From: Marsupella aquatica
Taxonomy: Eukaryota > Plantae > Marchantiophyta
DNA: 64,000 bases
NCBI GenBank assembly: GCA_973895155.1
Contig: OZ316891.1
Coordinates: 5,117,708 to 5,181,707, forward strand
Reading direction: 5' to 3'
Shown: in pieces, positions 1 through 14,325 of the stretch
How the letters are laid out: each line of letters starts with the position of its first letter
Position numbering within the stretch: the first letter of the stretch is position 1
Notes under the pieces: model-generated
What the model was told of the DNA's origin: nothing
Seen by the model: only the letters and a program-made list of their open reading frames with translations
Databases searched by the model: none
Position numbers and translations under genes: made by a program

Positions 1-2065
1 CAACCAAGGGTACAGAGTCCCATGGGATAACTTTTGGGGGCAAATTCTTAACAGCTTATTACTTAACAACAAGCCTGAAAGCCAGCACATAGTGAAAAAA
101 TCTAGAGAAAAACTCAAATTTAAAAAACAAATTGCCAGCTCCTCCTTGGTTTAGGGAACTCAGAATCAACTGCGAAAAATCATTCGAGCTGCGTGCAGTC
201 CAATATAGGTATTTCCACATAGGGCAGGATAAAAAATGTGTTACTCTAGATTCAAACTATGGAACACTTTCTAATATAAGAATTTCATGAAACCAAAATA
301 GGTCAAGCAACATTAATAACAGAGTTATTTTATAGAATAAGTCTCTTACAATATGGACATTTAAATTATATCTCACCTGTATCCCAACAATAAACTAAAT
401 GAACCTGTGAGCTACTGGCTGGTTGCCAGATCTAGCAGTCTTTTAAAAACATTGAATAGGTTTTTCAAACATAGATACTTACAATAGGTCTTTGTCACCC
501 TAAGGGTGGGGCCATTGCTTTGCATGGTGCTGCTGAGCATCTGTCATGAGGGAAAGCGAGGGAAGGATGCAAGGCAGCAAGGGTAAGAGCTGAGCATCTG
601 TCATGAGGGCAAGCAAGGGAAGGATGCATGGGTCAGAGTTATGGCAAATATGTCCACAAAGAGCGGAGGTGGCACAAGGAAGGGGGGATTAGGGTCGGTG
701 ATCATTTTTTAATTGCAGTCATATTGTTGTTGCATGCATGCATTCTTTGCATCCAGGCAAACATTGCAGGCATGCGGTTATATCTGCAAAAATATTATCC
801 CTCTGGTCAGTGTTGTTGTTGGGAGGACAAGTATGGTCATGCAAAAGAGAGAGAAATTTATTTATATTTTATTCTTGGTTTTTTCTTTTCCTTTTTCTCT
901 GTTAATTTAAATTTACAAATATATTCAGGTTTTTTGAAAAAATGATATAAAATTTTAAGATTTAGTTTTTGTGGGGGGTGACACAGGAGAGGTGTATTGG
1001 TGGATCTGAGGGTGCCAATGCATAAGTTTTGAGTGAGAGGCCAACAGTGGTTCACGACTATTTCTTTCTTTCTTCATTTTGTAAATAGACATCCCATCCC
1101 ACCTGTTTGGCGGGCCTTCATTGCACTGTTTGATGCATCTCACAAAACATTGCTCCCGGGAAATGCTAGTCCTATGGGTCAAAGACGGTAAAGAAATCTC
1201 ATGCCATTACAGTTCACATCAACAAAAATGAATGTTGACATCCTTCATACAGGTCGTAACGTTGACACGTTCACATCAATCGAAGAGGACCTACTACAGG
1301 GGTCTAGATGTGTGCTCTCTATTAAATGGTGGTCAACCTTATGTCACCAACTTCACAGGCCCAAGGCTGTGGTTAGGTGTATGTTGTTGCCCAAGTTTAA
1401 AGTGGTGGAAGAAACAACCGAACCCCAACAGTCATTTTTTGCCCAGAATCTCCAGATTTCAAGGCTTTTTGAAACTAACTGCCATCTGATCCTAACCATC
1501 AAACCTACCCAACCGAACTCTCAAATTCAGTTATGGCATCATTCTCTGGAGGGTAAGTTCTCGCAGGGTAATTTTTAAAAGTCTTTCCATTTTTTTCAGG
1601 GTGGCTTATGTCAACTTGTGTGAAGATGCTAAGACTATTCATCATCCTACATTATTTTTCCTGGACTAAATTTTGACTTTTAGATCTCCATAAATTTAAG
1701 GACCTGAGATTCTGGCTAAGGGGGAAAATGGTTAATCGAAGACTAAAGAATCTGCCAAATTGTTGTCACAAACCGCGAAGAATTTTAAGTGGCATATTGT
1801 TGCCTCTAGACCAAATGCTGACTGTTTGTTATGAGAAAAACTTCAAAAGGTGTGCTGGCGTGTGCGTGGGACCAAAAAAGCCATAGGAGTACCCATCATA
1901 GGAAAAATGTCTTCAAGTAAGACAATAATTCATCCACACTTCGAAGGTGGAGTTATGCTTTGGTCCGACAAGACCCAAGAACAGGGTAAATATTTGAGAT
2001 TTTAACTTTTTGTCAAGGTTGCTAATGTCACCTTGTGTGATGCTAAAACCGGAATGGAATCTACG

Positions 2066-2651
2066 TGTCAAGATGTTGCTTAGATCATCATGTATCTAAT
2101 TATACTAGATTAATTTGTGATCGTTAGATCTCTCCTAGATTTAAGGAAAACGTCTAATTATTGCCAAGGGGGCTGTGGCTAGATGGGAAGGAAACAATTC
2201 CACGAACCGTCCATATGGACTTTACTCAGGGGTGTGGTTACGTACAAACCGAAGCCCGTGCGGAGTACAGGCGTCCCGCGAGACGGGGGACACTGCTGCC
2301 GTGGACGACGGTGGGCCGCGTACCGTGGATGGCACCGGATCGAAGGGACCATTCACCGTTAGGCTCCTTTACTCCGTCGGTGAATGTGGGCGCTGTTGTC
2401 CCCAGAAAGAAAGGCTTGAGGGAGAAGACAGAGGCGGAAAGCAAAAGACTGCTGTACTGCGACGTGCATATACGGTGCTCTAATTACTGCTGCGGTGTTG
2501 GGCAGGTTAGTGGCTTACCTGTAGCCCCGAACGAACCGCAGGTTTAGGGTTTAGGTGTGTTCTAATTTATAACGGACTATATAGGGGATGAATCATCCGA
2601 TCTTTATGGTTACGGAAGAGTACACAAACGTACAAAGGTACACCTCCATCA
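2066..2651. mobile_element. Possible solo LTR or TE remnant (GC-rich island)
   Basis: GC-rich block in AT-rich DNA, bounded by TG (2066) and CA (2651). Flanks CTACG / CTACT match 4 of 5 as a TSD. No coding homology recognised. Confidence 0.3.
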
Positions 2652-3310
2652 CTACTGTAGATAATTTTCATGTCATTTTTGTTTCTGGAAACATTTTAGT
2701 ACAGTGGTTATAAACTCATTTTTATCTAACAATACTTATGAAACTAAAGTCTGGATATACTTACACTTTGTCTATAAAACCCTGGCAAAACTTGGGTGGA
2801 CTTACAAAATTGATTACACTGTTTATACTTTTGACTGAAATGGAAGCAATAAACTATTGGCTTATGGTTTGCAACCTATTTGAATTACATTATCAAACCG
2901 GCTTGCTTGGTGACTTGACAACTTTATGACATTGAACCTGAAAGGATCACCATGGTTAGGTAGTCAGGACTAGGATCAGCATGATGTCTTGATTACTTTC
3001 TCTCCAAGATAATCAAAGTAGTCAAATTGCAATCTGTAATTAGTTCCTTTTTCTTTTCAGTGTAAAAGCCACAATTGCTTTACGCAGTTCTCGGGGATGG
3101 GTAATGACAATGCCTTGGTCCATCTGGGCATTTTTTTTCCAATAATTACACTACTTTACAAGATTATAATACACTATTTTTCTCTGCCAGTCAGTTTTGG
3201 TAACTAGTGCCTTATTTTAAAAAATACTTGGATGAACCCGTATATTTGCAATCCTCTGATTTTTGAAACTTCCAAAATTCATCCAAGCAATCAAACATCA
3301 AATTTTTACT

Positions 3311-4263
3311 TGGATGACAAGTTTTACCTCAAAACTTAAAAACAAAACACTACAATACCATTCTTGTCAAAATGGACCAACCCCCCCTAAAAGAAAAAAA
3401 AACAATACATACTCTGAAAATAACCCTGGTCAGGACACCCGGTTCCACTCACCCTGGACCGGACCTTTGGCCTGCTAACCAGGGCACCCTTTCAGTAATT
3501 GGGATCTGGCTATGGAAAGACTTAGCGGGTTTAATGTGACAACTCACTATGGTAATACTTCTTCGGGCAAACCACTTAAACCAAGGCTTTGCAATATTTA
3601 AATAAAAGTTCCAAGTCACGATATTCCCCGGAAAAGTTGACAATCGAGTAAAACCCAAAAATTAAAAACCTTGACAATTTAACACCCGGTTCCACCATCG
3701 CCCGGTCCGGTTCCTTGGCCCGTCAGCCCGGATCCCGGTCAATGGCTACTCGCGCAGTAGTGCGCACCGAATCGCGCGCTGTTCGTTTGGATGACAAGTT
3801 TTACCTCAAAACTTAAAAACAAAACACTACAATACCATTCTTGTCAAAATGGACCAACCCCCCCTAAAAGAAAAAAAACAATACATACTCTGAAAATAAC
3901 CCTGGTCAGCACACCCGGTTCCACTCACCCTGGACCGGACCTTTGGCCTGCTAACCAGGGCACCCTTTCAGTAATTGGGATCTGGCTATGGAAAGACTTA
4001 GCGGGTTTAATGTGACAACTCACTATGGTAATATTTCTTCGGGCTAACCACTTAAACCAAGGCTTTGCAATATTTAAATAAAAGTTCCAAGTCACGATAT
4101 TCCCCGGAAAAGTTGACAATCGAGTAAAACCCAAAAATTAAAAACCTTGACAATTTAACACCCGGTTCCACCGTCGCCCGGTCCGGTTCCTTGGCCCGTC
4201 AGCCCGGATCCCGGTCAATGGCTACTCGCGCAGTAGTGCGCACCGAATCGCGCGCTGTTCGTT
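3311..4263. repeat. Near-identical head-to-tail tandem duplication, ~476-477 bp x2, upstream of the ABCG gene
   Basis: TGGATGACAAGTTTTACCTC starts at 3311 and 3788, and both copies end ...CGCGCTGTTCGTT. The ORF track shows near-identical ORFs at 3449-3658 and 3925-4134. Only a handful of differences. Confidence 0.95.
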
Positions 4264-4467
4264 AGGGTAGGGGCACGGCTCGAGACCTCTGATTAATGAA
4301 AATAGCCGAAGACCGAACCACAGCCCTACCCGATTCGCACCTAAGTTTAGAGGGCCTGCTAACTTTACCGTTTAGCTAGTTCAGCTAAATATACGGTGGC
4401 TGCGGGAGCGCATTGTACAAAAGCTTGGAGAGGGCGACGAACTCCTGAGCCCTGTCACTGCGTCAGT

Positions 4468-4872
4468 GTGAGCTGAGCTGAGCTGAGCTGAGCGCATGAG
4501 GAGTGTGAGCTGAGTGCGAGCTACGCATTTTAATTTCTAGTGGGTGCCCTACGTGACAGCAACGAGGATGCGAGGATGCGAGGATGCCTCAATTGATATA
4601 CTATTCTGAAGCTCGGGAGCTGTAGTGACGAAGATTGATTGATCTGAGAGAGAGAGTGAGAGAGATATGCCTGAACTGATGTACTAGTCAGAAGCTCGAG
4701 AGCTGAAGTGACGAGGATTGATTGATTGGGTGTTAGAGAGAGAGAGTTTTGGATCCCGGCCGTGGGCGGCTGGTTGGGGGCATTGCAGCTCCTCTTCACT
4801 GATATACTGGGACACTCTGAAGCTCGAGAGCTGAAGTAAGGAGGAGTAACGAGGACTGATTGATTGATTGAT
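4468..4872 (+). repeat. Low-complexity 5' region of ABCG: (TGAGC)n, (GA)n and three degenerate copies of a GAAGCTCG(A/G)GAGCTG...GACGAGGATTGATTGAT-type unit
   Basis: Copies seen at ~4608, ~4691 and ~4819. Confidence 0.7.
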
Positions 4873-4918
4873 TTAGGCGGCGGGGCACGAAGGTATTGTG
4901 CTGGAAGTCGTCGCAGAC

Positions 4919-7844
4919 ATGACAGAAATTCGAGCGTCCATGCACGCTTTAAGTCCTCTCAGTGCAAACTTGCACAAGAGGATGAAGAGCGACATCAAGA
5001 TAGATGATCAGGACGAAATTTGTGCGAGGCTGTCATGGACAGATTTGTCCGTGGTCGTGAACAGCAATCTCGTGGTGCTTAACAAAGTCTGTGGGTATGC
5101 GGAGCCTGGTCGCCTCGTGGCCATCATGGGACCTTCAGGATCGGGAAAGTCAACTTTATTAGACAGCCTTGCGGGACGGCTATCCAAAAATGCAAATGTG
5201 GCTGGAGACATCCTCTTGAATGGGCGCAAGGAGAAGCTTTCCTACGGGACTGCAGTAAGTTACCTCTCTCTATCACACATCGATCTCTTAAGACTCTCAC
5301 TGTTTGTTTTTTTGGATGTTCTGCTTTCCGGAGGCGCTGACTCGTGGTCAACGATGTCCTAGGCCTACGTCGCACAAGACGACGTGCTATTGGGAACGTT
5401 GACGGTCTACGAAACGCTTCTATTTTCGGCACAGCTCAGGTTTCCAGATTCCATGCCTTGGCATGAGACGGAGATAATTGTCAAGTCGACCATTTCGGAC
5501 GTGGGTCTCCAGGATTCGATCAACACACCGATCGGAAACTGGCATCAGAGAGGCCTCTCAGGTGGGGAGAAGAGGCGAGTCAGCATTGCGGTGGAACTCT
5601 TGACTCGTCCCCGGTTGCTGTTCCTCGACGAGCCCACCAGCGGATTGGATAGGTACTCATCTTTCCTCGTTCAATTTCGAGTTGATGCCTTGGGTTGCAG
5701 CAGGTTTTGACAAAGTTCTGGAGCAAGTCACTGATTCGGCCGTCCCCTCGGATCTGCAGTGCCTCGGCATTTCATGTCATCAGCACTCTAAGAAACCTGT
5801 CTAGAGATGGGCGGACCGTGCTTTGCAGTATTCACCAACCGAGCTCGGAGGTGTTTGAGTTGTTCGACGACCTTTGCCTTCTATCAGGTGGCAAACAAGT
5901 TTATTTCGGTCCGCTCGCTGGGGCCCAAGAGGTGAGGCCTTGCCCCCATTTGTCCAGGTCCACCGTCGGACCTCCTCTCGAAAGACCTTTCTACTGGAGC
6001 TCGCACCCTCTGTCTCGATCTGTGATCGCTGTATGGTTTTTATAAAACGGAAAATTGCCTGATGTCTGTGTGGAGGTTCTAACTCTTGCGTGCTGATGAC
6101 AGTTCTTTGCAAATGCTGGTTTCCCTTGCCCACCGATGCGAAACCCAAGCGACCACTTCCTCCGCCACATCAACGCAGACTTCGATAAAGTAAACGATTC
6201 ACTCATCATTTCTTCCGCAGGCTCCAACTCTGGAAAATTAAGGAGGGATGAGGAAAGCCAATACACCTTTAGCAGTCCTATGAGCAGGATGAGCACGGCG
6301 GAACAAGTCCGTGTTCTGACCCATCTCTTCGCTACAGGCGAGGAGAAGAAAGCAGTCTTGAATAATATTGCCAACCTAACGTCGCTTGGGGGCAAGGTTC
6401 TTTCCACCCGGGGCACTGAGGCTTCCTTTTTGCGGCAGTCATGGATTCTTTCAAAGCGATCCCTCTTGAATATGACGAGAGACGCAGGCTACTATTGGCT
6501 GCGTTTGGGGATGTATATTCTGCAGTCCCTTTGCGTAGGGACTATTTTCTATCGGGCGGGAACGCATTATACATCCATTGCGGTGAGCTGCAAACTTCTT
6601 CCACCCAAAACGGCCTTTCGTGTAATGTTTCGTGGTTGTGAGAATTTGCGTTGGGACTGCGTCTCACATTAACATGTATTCGCGCAGGCCAGGGCATCCT
6701 GTATCTCTTACATGGTCGGGTTCATGACGTTCATGAGCATCGGAGGGTTCCCTTCATTCGTGGAAGATATGAAGGTGAGCTCACTCTGTATCTTAGTTGT
6801 GTTTGCAATGGAGCGGCTCATCTCTCGTCCTGTTTAGAGGGGTGTATTTGAGTTGAAGAAATTAAGGATCCATCGTTCCCCATTCTAACATGAGACTTGT
6901 AATAACTACTGTACAGGTCTTTCAGCGGGAGAGGCTTAATGGGCATTACGGTGTTGGACCTTTCGTGATCGGCAATACCGTGTCTTCCTTGCCCTTCCTC
7001 TTTCTGATAGCCCTTGTGTCCACCATCATCACCTATTTCATGGTGGGGTTTCATTCGGGCTTTGACAGATTTGCGTACTTCGTGCTCTCACTGATGGCAT
7101 GCTTGGCCGTTGTGGAGAGTCTAATGATGGCCGTAGCAAGCGTCGTACCCAACTTTCTCATGGGAATCATCACGGGCGCTGGCATTCAGGTAAATTGATG
7201 CTGCTCTGTCTCAGTTTTCATCATATTTGGTGTCAGGTCTCCTGTAATAGTTGTCATCGGGATTGTCATCCCTATTTGCGCACTTGTTTACAGTATTCTT
7301 CTTTCTTGCAGGGGATGTTCTTGCTTCTCTCCGGATTTTTCAGACTCCCCAACGACTACCCCAAGATCTTCTGGAAATACCCTATGTTCTATGTAGGATT
7401 CCATATGTATGCGCTTCAGGTAATTATTGACCGTTTATTTCGCATAATATCTTGTTGGTGCCATTCAATTGTCATTACTTCGGTGGGGGAAGCTAACCGG
7501 ACTGTCAGTACTAACACGGGCGATGTTATTCGCTTGTACAGGGCGAGTATCAGAATGATTTACTTGGGCTCTCTTTCACGAACTTGAATCCCAATTTGCC
7601 TCCTCTGAGAGGAGAGGACATTCTGAGGTACACCTACCAGATTGATTTGTCACGCAACAAGTGGTGGAATTTGGCGGTCCTCTTCTTCATGAGCATGGCT
7701 TATAGGGCTATCTTCTATTTCCTCATACGGTTCTCGGAATCCGTAATGCCAGCCATCCGCGCGTACATTGCAACAAGGATGTACGCCTGGCACTTGAAAT
7801 CTTGCGGGGTGCCCATCAACAACAGTGTCTCGCCGGAGTTATAG
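4919..7844 (+). CDS. ABCG (WBC) half-size ABC transporter, ABCG11-like; 8 exons, ~682 aa
   Basis: Exons 4919-5254, 5363-5652, 5760-5931, 6103-6582, 6688-6774, 6917-7189, 7312-7419, 7542-7844. All introns are GT-AG and the exons sum to 2049 nt in frame. Motifs: Walker [10 protein letters not shown], signature [12 protein letters not shown], Walker [31 protein letters not shown], and TMD motifs RDAGYYWLR and [11 protein letters not shown]. Confidence 0.95.
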
Positions 7845-10800
7845 ATTATAACTTTAAACCTACACGTTCTAAACTTTGGTGCTTACCCTGCCCAACGTCA
7901 GGTCTCTGCAACATGTTTCAGGCTGTTTCGCACTTGTAAATAACGTAGAGTTTCAGAGCTGCTGTGGTACATGTATCGAGCTCGAATACCTGGAAATTAA
8001 GTCCAGACGAGTTGTTAACTCATTGAGCTCGATATAGAAAGAGGCATCCCGCTCTGTGTGCCCCGTGGCTGAGCTGAGCTGATCGAGCGGCTCCGAGGGA
8101 GTTGTGATTAATTTGTGGAACAACGTTCTATCGTTCTAAACGTTCTACCCTAAAAACTTAGCCTGGTATATCGCCTTGAATATGAGCTGAGTGCAGACCA
8201 GATACAGCGGATGCGTTCCGTCGCCTCTTTTCATCCTTTTCCCCCCTTTCAGCGAAGGTGGTGTCACTGGCGACAAACGGTTGCCAGTTTTTATTGGACC
8301 CGGTTCTGGGAGAAGATGTTGTCATTGCTCCCCCCGCCACTGTAAATTGCAGGTGGAGGTGAGATGAACTCAGTTGTCTGGGTCATAAGTTCCAGGATTT
8401 TGGAATTAGGTTGTCCCTTGCTAAAAATGAATCTTTAGTATTGTGAAGTGCTGTAATCGAATTGGGACGAGTCATACGAGATTTAACTGATCTCTGGAAG
8501 CTGTAGACGAGCCTGTGTCTCCTCCGGGAATTAAAGAGACGCTCAGACATGCATGACATTGTAGTGAGCCTCGTAATAAAGAGAACTTCAGTTATCACTT
8601 GAGTGAATGTAAATACATTTTCCCTGATCTTTGTCGCTGACAATGGTTGGCGCATGATATCTGGAAAGCTGAGCCATTTTGATACGTAGAATGTATTATT
8701 TATGTCTGCAGAAAATTCTGATACAACATTGTGTTTTACTTGGATCTGTAGATCGTCCGTATCTGTAGTAGTATATAGGTTTTTGGCTTGTTGGCGACCC
8801 CTTGCCTGCCTTTCTAGTACATCATGCAGCATGTGGCTCATTTTATCTCCAAAAGTGTGAAAGTGTCCAACTGATCTGTAGAAAATATTACAGAAAGTTG
8901 CAACAGCAGAACATCTGGTCGTCGGGTCATCTGCAGGTAACACCTGTTTGCACACTTTCACAGAATGATGTCAAAGACTCAGTCTAATGATAGGTGCGCA
9001 ATTTCAAAGGTATGTCAAAGTTTAATGATAGGTTCCAGTGAAAATCCAGGAGAGTTACTCGGCCGACACGTCCACGTCAATTTGTGTCATGGCTAGCAAA
9101 GAATGTCCTCGGTTCTCCCGAAAGTCCCAAACTCCCAATGCAAGCTTCACACTCGTGATCGAGGGCTATCCGGCTAGTGAGGTACTGACAGTTTGCCTAC
9201 TTTACTGTACTGCACACAAAGGCGAATGGACTCGGGGAAGTGACACTCGGACTGACAGAAGTTAGTTGAGCACCAATTACTGCACACGAACAGCGTAACG
9301 CATATTGGGATCTGTGCCATTTGCGATCCCTTCCCTGGCTAGACTTGCGTCTTCCACCTGAAGGAGATGGTCAGATGGTAGCAGTAGCAGCTCTCTCAAC
9401 TTGCTGTTCCCCACTTTCCCGTCTTCCGGGGGTCATGATTCTCTCTCCGCCTGACTTTGTGGGTCAGGTTACAAGTGAGTTGAGCGATTACAGTACGTCG
9501 TACACATCTCACTCACCAGGAAATTGCTTCTGGTCATCTGGAATTTTCCTTTGCTCTTTATTTTCACACAATTCTATTCTATAAAACCAGCAAATGAGAA
9601 ACGTCAGAAAGAGGCGAAACAATCTACTGGAGTTTCAAACTCCCTGACAATGGCAAACTAAATAAGTGAAGGAGCCGATAAATGAGTCTGAAGCCATGAT
9701 CAGGGAGTGAGTAAATGCACTACAGTGGCAATGGATGGCAGGAGGAGATTGAATACGACTCGCGTCGCTGAGGCCTGGGGGTGTTGAGAGCTCGCATTAC
9801 AATTCAAGTGAGACTACGTGAATGTCGAGAGCTCTCTATAGTCTGTATACACCAGCGTAAATTTTGAAGATTCTCCGTTTTCGCCAGTGTGGCAACTGGC
9901 AGTTTTGTACAGGAGAAGATGCTAGCAAATATTTTCTATCTGGTTATTTTACATAAATTTATATCATCAGTAGTATCTGGATTTAAGGATGACCATTTAC
10001 ATTGTAGTCTATATGAACTGTGGTAAGATCTAAAACTGGCTCATGGAGGACAAACACCCAGCCAATATTTTTAGATTTAGAGAGGTCAGTGGGATTTTTG
10101 CAGATTTTGCCCACTTAAGAACCCTGCTCTACATTACTGATGTCTAACTAACTAAATAGGCCCGGTATTTGCTAAAATAATAGAAGTGCTGGAAATTCTT
10201 GCAGGAACTACACTACTACAAGCTCCTGCAATTTACTCAGCAAACGGGACTCCCTTAGGACCCGTTTTCTGATTAAGTCAAGAGGACTCTGATATAATGT
10301 TTTTTTGACGAGGATGAATGGGACTTAAAAGACAGTGGGGATATTATCTTTAGTGTATGTATACAATCACAGCGAGGATGATATATTTCATATCAGGCCA
10401 CTGTCATTGCATACACTAAAGTTAAAATGGCTGACCGTCACGTTTGAAGATAATGAATGCAAGACCTCAATAGAAATTGGCAGCTTGGTCCATTCTTTAT
10501 TCCAGCTCAAGATATGGTCAAAGTTTTTGACAAGAAAACATATACACACATCAGCAAAGGGGCCCACTAACAGCTGATCCACTCGTATGGCACTCATCAA
10601 TAAGTGTTTCTTATTGTATGCATTGTCACCTATTGTGGTAACTGATAAATGCAAGTGTATACTTATGGATGAAAATCCACTTACCAATTTTTTTATCATT
10701 TAGTGAACATATTTTGTCAGTTAGTGAGGGTCAACTTGCACTTATGCAAACTACATTTTTGGTGGGTCAACCTGCACTTATGCAAGACTACATTTTTGGT

Positions 10801-13800
10801 GGCTTATTCAACAAAAGAAACACTGGACCATAAGGGGACTACATGGTCATCCTGCACTTATCCATCCTGCACTTAGACGTTGTTCACTGTACTCAAGGAG
10901 TTGAGGGAAGCTCGAACAGGGACACCTCATCGAAAGATTATGGGTCCCTAGCAAAGATGCTGTGGCTCCCAACAAGGCACCTCAGCAATCTCAGTTGCCT
11001 TGTGCCCAAAGCAGTACGAGGATACAAAAAAGAAACCTCTAGGCCAGAATCCTACTTTAATTGCAATCCTAGATAATTATCAAATTGTTTTGTTTAGATT
11101 AATAGGGTACATGTCAAAGTAACACTGTAACTCTCAGAACACAAAGTGCTTTGAGGGTCAGGAAATAATAAGCCAATGCTGTTCCCGCAAAGTTATCAGG
11201 TTGTGGCGGAAAAGAGCCAATGTTGTTAGTGCAAATGTTATCATGTTGGGGAGGGAAAGCTCAACTACCAAAAATTGTAGGGAAGGACGATAAAAAAATA
11301 TATATTTGATGGTAATTAGCTAAATTCTTGGAAATAATAGGAGGGTAAAAGAACTTATTAGAAACTTATAGTTTTAAAATGTTATCTGGTACATAGCCTT
11401 TGATAAACCTAAAATAGGTCATTAATGCTAAAAATAAAAAATGTTTCTAGGAATATGTTATTTATAATTTAAATTATTATACCAGGTTAGGATTGCAGAT
11501 GGTGTCGCAAAAGTGAAACCCCTTTGGACCACCACGTTGCACACAGTGCTCAACCATATGAAAAAATAATTCTTTGTCACTCTGATGGAAGTGTAGCTTA
11601 CCTACACTTCTAGCATACCCTCAAAACTAAAAAAGATTTGAATTTATGAACATTAAATGATTACAATTAAACCCAAATTTCAAAAGACCAACCTTGGATC
11701 CATGAGAGCATCATTTCATGGTGTGGCCCTTACTAACATCCATCCCCCCCCCAAACGAAAAAAAATTTAAAATGAAGAAAACAAAGAAAGCGAAAATAAA
11801 TGAAACGAAAGTACCAACCTCACATGCATGTGAGTGCAGTTTATAAAAAAAAGAACAAAAACATTTCAATGAAGAAAGCAAAAGAGGCTACAGTAAGTCC
11901 GTTTAAATGTGATCTGTTGTGTCACCACCCCCTCGAGTCCCTTTCATATTCACCCCACAGTCTATAGTTACCGTGTCTACATTAGTGCTCCTGCTTTTCA
12001 TAATTGGTCTGCGCGTGAATAATGGCCACGAAGCCCGTCTGGCTCCCCCCCCCCCCCCCCCCCCCTCAACTTACCATTCCACTCTGCTGGTGACACAAAC
12101 CTCTAATTGGGTGCAATAAATGCCTGTTTTGGGTTATTGTGGTGCTCATGTGTAAAGAAACATTATCAACTTATTTACTACCTAGTGGTAACTTGGTTTG
12201 CATTTCTGAATGGTTAAAATGTATTATTATTTGCGCTTCAAGACTTTTGGGGGTGATCATTTTAATTTTAGTTTTCATATTCTCATCTACTTTTTTGGTG
12301 TTTAGCTGGTACCTAGCTGAAATATGTGTTACTGATTTTAAGGGATCACATGGTTTTATCTATTTATTATTTAAGCGAACCAGATTACTGCTAGCTAGGG
12401 TACTGTGAATTACTGCATGTGAAGGCTATGGGAGCTGTTTAGTATAATTACATTGGAAGATTTGACATGTTTGGTTGAATAGGGTCCCTAACTATTGCAT
12501 GGGAAATGAAAGTTTAAACCAGAATAAGAAAAAAAATTTAGTAGAAAACATTTGATTCCAATGAAGCCTACAAATTGGAATGAAAATCCCATCAGAGCTA
12601 ATATAGCTAGTACTTTCAAGATAGCACAGATACAATTAATTTTGAAAACTCACACTCCTAATGACAGAATTTTGGGGTCTGACTAAATCCCAGAAAAAAT
12701 TCTTCCCATCAAATTAGTGAGACAAATTTCATGGATATTCCGAGTTTTTATTGGGAAACAAAAGTTTTGGCCCAATCTAGAGACTAGAGTAGACTGGGAT
12801 GTGGTACCGCACATGTGCATAGACTGGCTTGACCCAATATTGATTCCATCATCAGTCTTTCATGGTCCAGATATTGTCTACTTTCAGATAAATTATGCCT
12901 GGACCATAAAATGAGCAGGGATGACTGCAGTTGGCAGTTGGCTTTACAAGAACGAAGGCCATTCAGGGAAGCTGTCTAACAATTGTACCTGGAAAGCAGA
13001 CCCAAATCAAAGGTGGGCCAAACCTTTCCAAACTTGGGCTCCTTCTCTAAGGGATCTACATTTATTGAATCTCATGATTTCAGAACATTGTTGGTCACCA
13101 CGGAGTTGCATTTATTGAACAAAAGATGTTTGGTATGACTTGTAGTCTACCTGGTTGGGATTTGCATTTATTGAACAAAACTCTTTGGTATGGGGTCTAC
13201 CCTCACCTTTAGAACCATTCATTAAACTTCATTTCAAAAGATTTTTGGTCGTTAGTCTATAGAATTGTTCAAAATCAAAAGCTACTCTCAAGCCTATTGT
13301 CTAGAGTAACATTCAATCAAAACCTACATACTAACAATCTCAAGCTTATTATCTAGATTCAGGGAAGCCTCTAGCTAGTACTCCTAGATGGCGGCAAGTG
13401 TAGGGGTGAGACAACAGTGGGTCTGAGCAAAGCTTCAGTATATGGTCTTGACAATTAGAAGTGTCACTCCAATTTGCTTTGGTGGAAAATAGTCACAAAT
13501 GTTGCCTACCTCGTGAGACAACAGTGGGTCTGAGCAAAGCTCCAATGGTATTTAGAACTAGAAGTGGCACTCCAATAATTTGCTTTAGTGGAAAACAATC
13601 TTAAATGTGGCCTATCTCATGAGACAACAGTGGGTTTGAGCAAAGCTCCAATTGTTTTTACAATAAGAAGTGTCACTCCAATTTTCTTCAATTGTGTGGG
13701 AAAAAGTCACAAATGCTGCCTACCTTTTGAGACAACAGTGGGCCAAGCTCCATTATTTGGTCTTTGGAAGAAGAAGATCGAGTAACTCCATTTTGCTTTG

Positions 13801-13850
13801 GTGGAAAAAAGTCACAATTGTAGCCTGGTGAGGCAACAGTGGGTCTGAGT

Positions 13851-14325
13851 TGTTGAGCATAGACGACGATCGCAACGGCAAGCCCATGAACCATCCAACG
13901 CACAATAGTCGACACAAGAGATACGTGGTTCACCTCCTTGAGGCTACGTCCACGGGAACACACAAGAGAACTTTACTGAACTCTAAGCCCGTCGGCTATA
14001 CCGAGTCTCCACAGTGTAAGCTCTCCCTATCTCTCAAGTGGCTCCATAACAATGAGCCTTGGTTCTGCCTCTCCAAGCACACATGCCTCTTATGATATAG
14101 TGTGCAACTTAGTTGTATCTAACCACATAGTTGTACCTAACCACATAGTTGTACCTAATCACGTAGTTGTACCTAACCACATAGTTGTACCTAATCACGT
14201 AGTTGTACCTAACCACATAGTTGTACCTAATCACGTAGTTGTACCTAACCACGTAGTTGTACCAACCCACGTTGTTGTACCAACCACGTCATACCTAACC
14301 TAGACGTAAGAGTAAATACCCAACA
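13851..14325 (-). mobile_element. Solo LTR (Copia-like), 475 bp
   Basis: Termini TGTTG...CAACA with a perfect 5-bp TSD TGAGT (13846-13850 / 14326-14330). The minus strand has a Copia U5-like CCGTGGACGTAG...GAACCACGTAT...TTGTGT motif. Confidence 0.85.
14110..14290. repeat. 18-bp minisatellite (TAGTTGTACCTAA(C/T)CAC(A/G)) x ~10 inside the solo LTR
   Basis: Seen directly; it translates as a spurious (VVPNH[IV])n. Confidence 0.95.

Noticed and set aside
6190-6220. GT...AG segment inside ABCG exon 4
   Set aside because: Only 31 nt, and splicing it would break the frame; read-through is open.
8383-8961. 192-codon minus-strand ORF
   Set aside because: Non-ATG start, no recognisable domain and no supporting exon structure; left uncalled.
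13405-13850. Regularly spaced repeats resembling a CRISPR array
   Set aside because: The intervening sequences are homologous to each other (whole-unit tandem repeat) and there are no cas genes.
14052-14303. ORF with (VVPNH[IV])n repeats; CRISPR-like or repeat-protein appearance
   Set aside because: It is a translation of an 18-bp minisatellite inside a solo LTR. There are no unique spacers and the context is eukaryotic.
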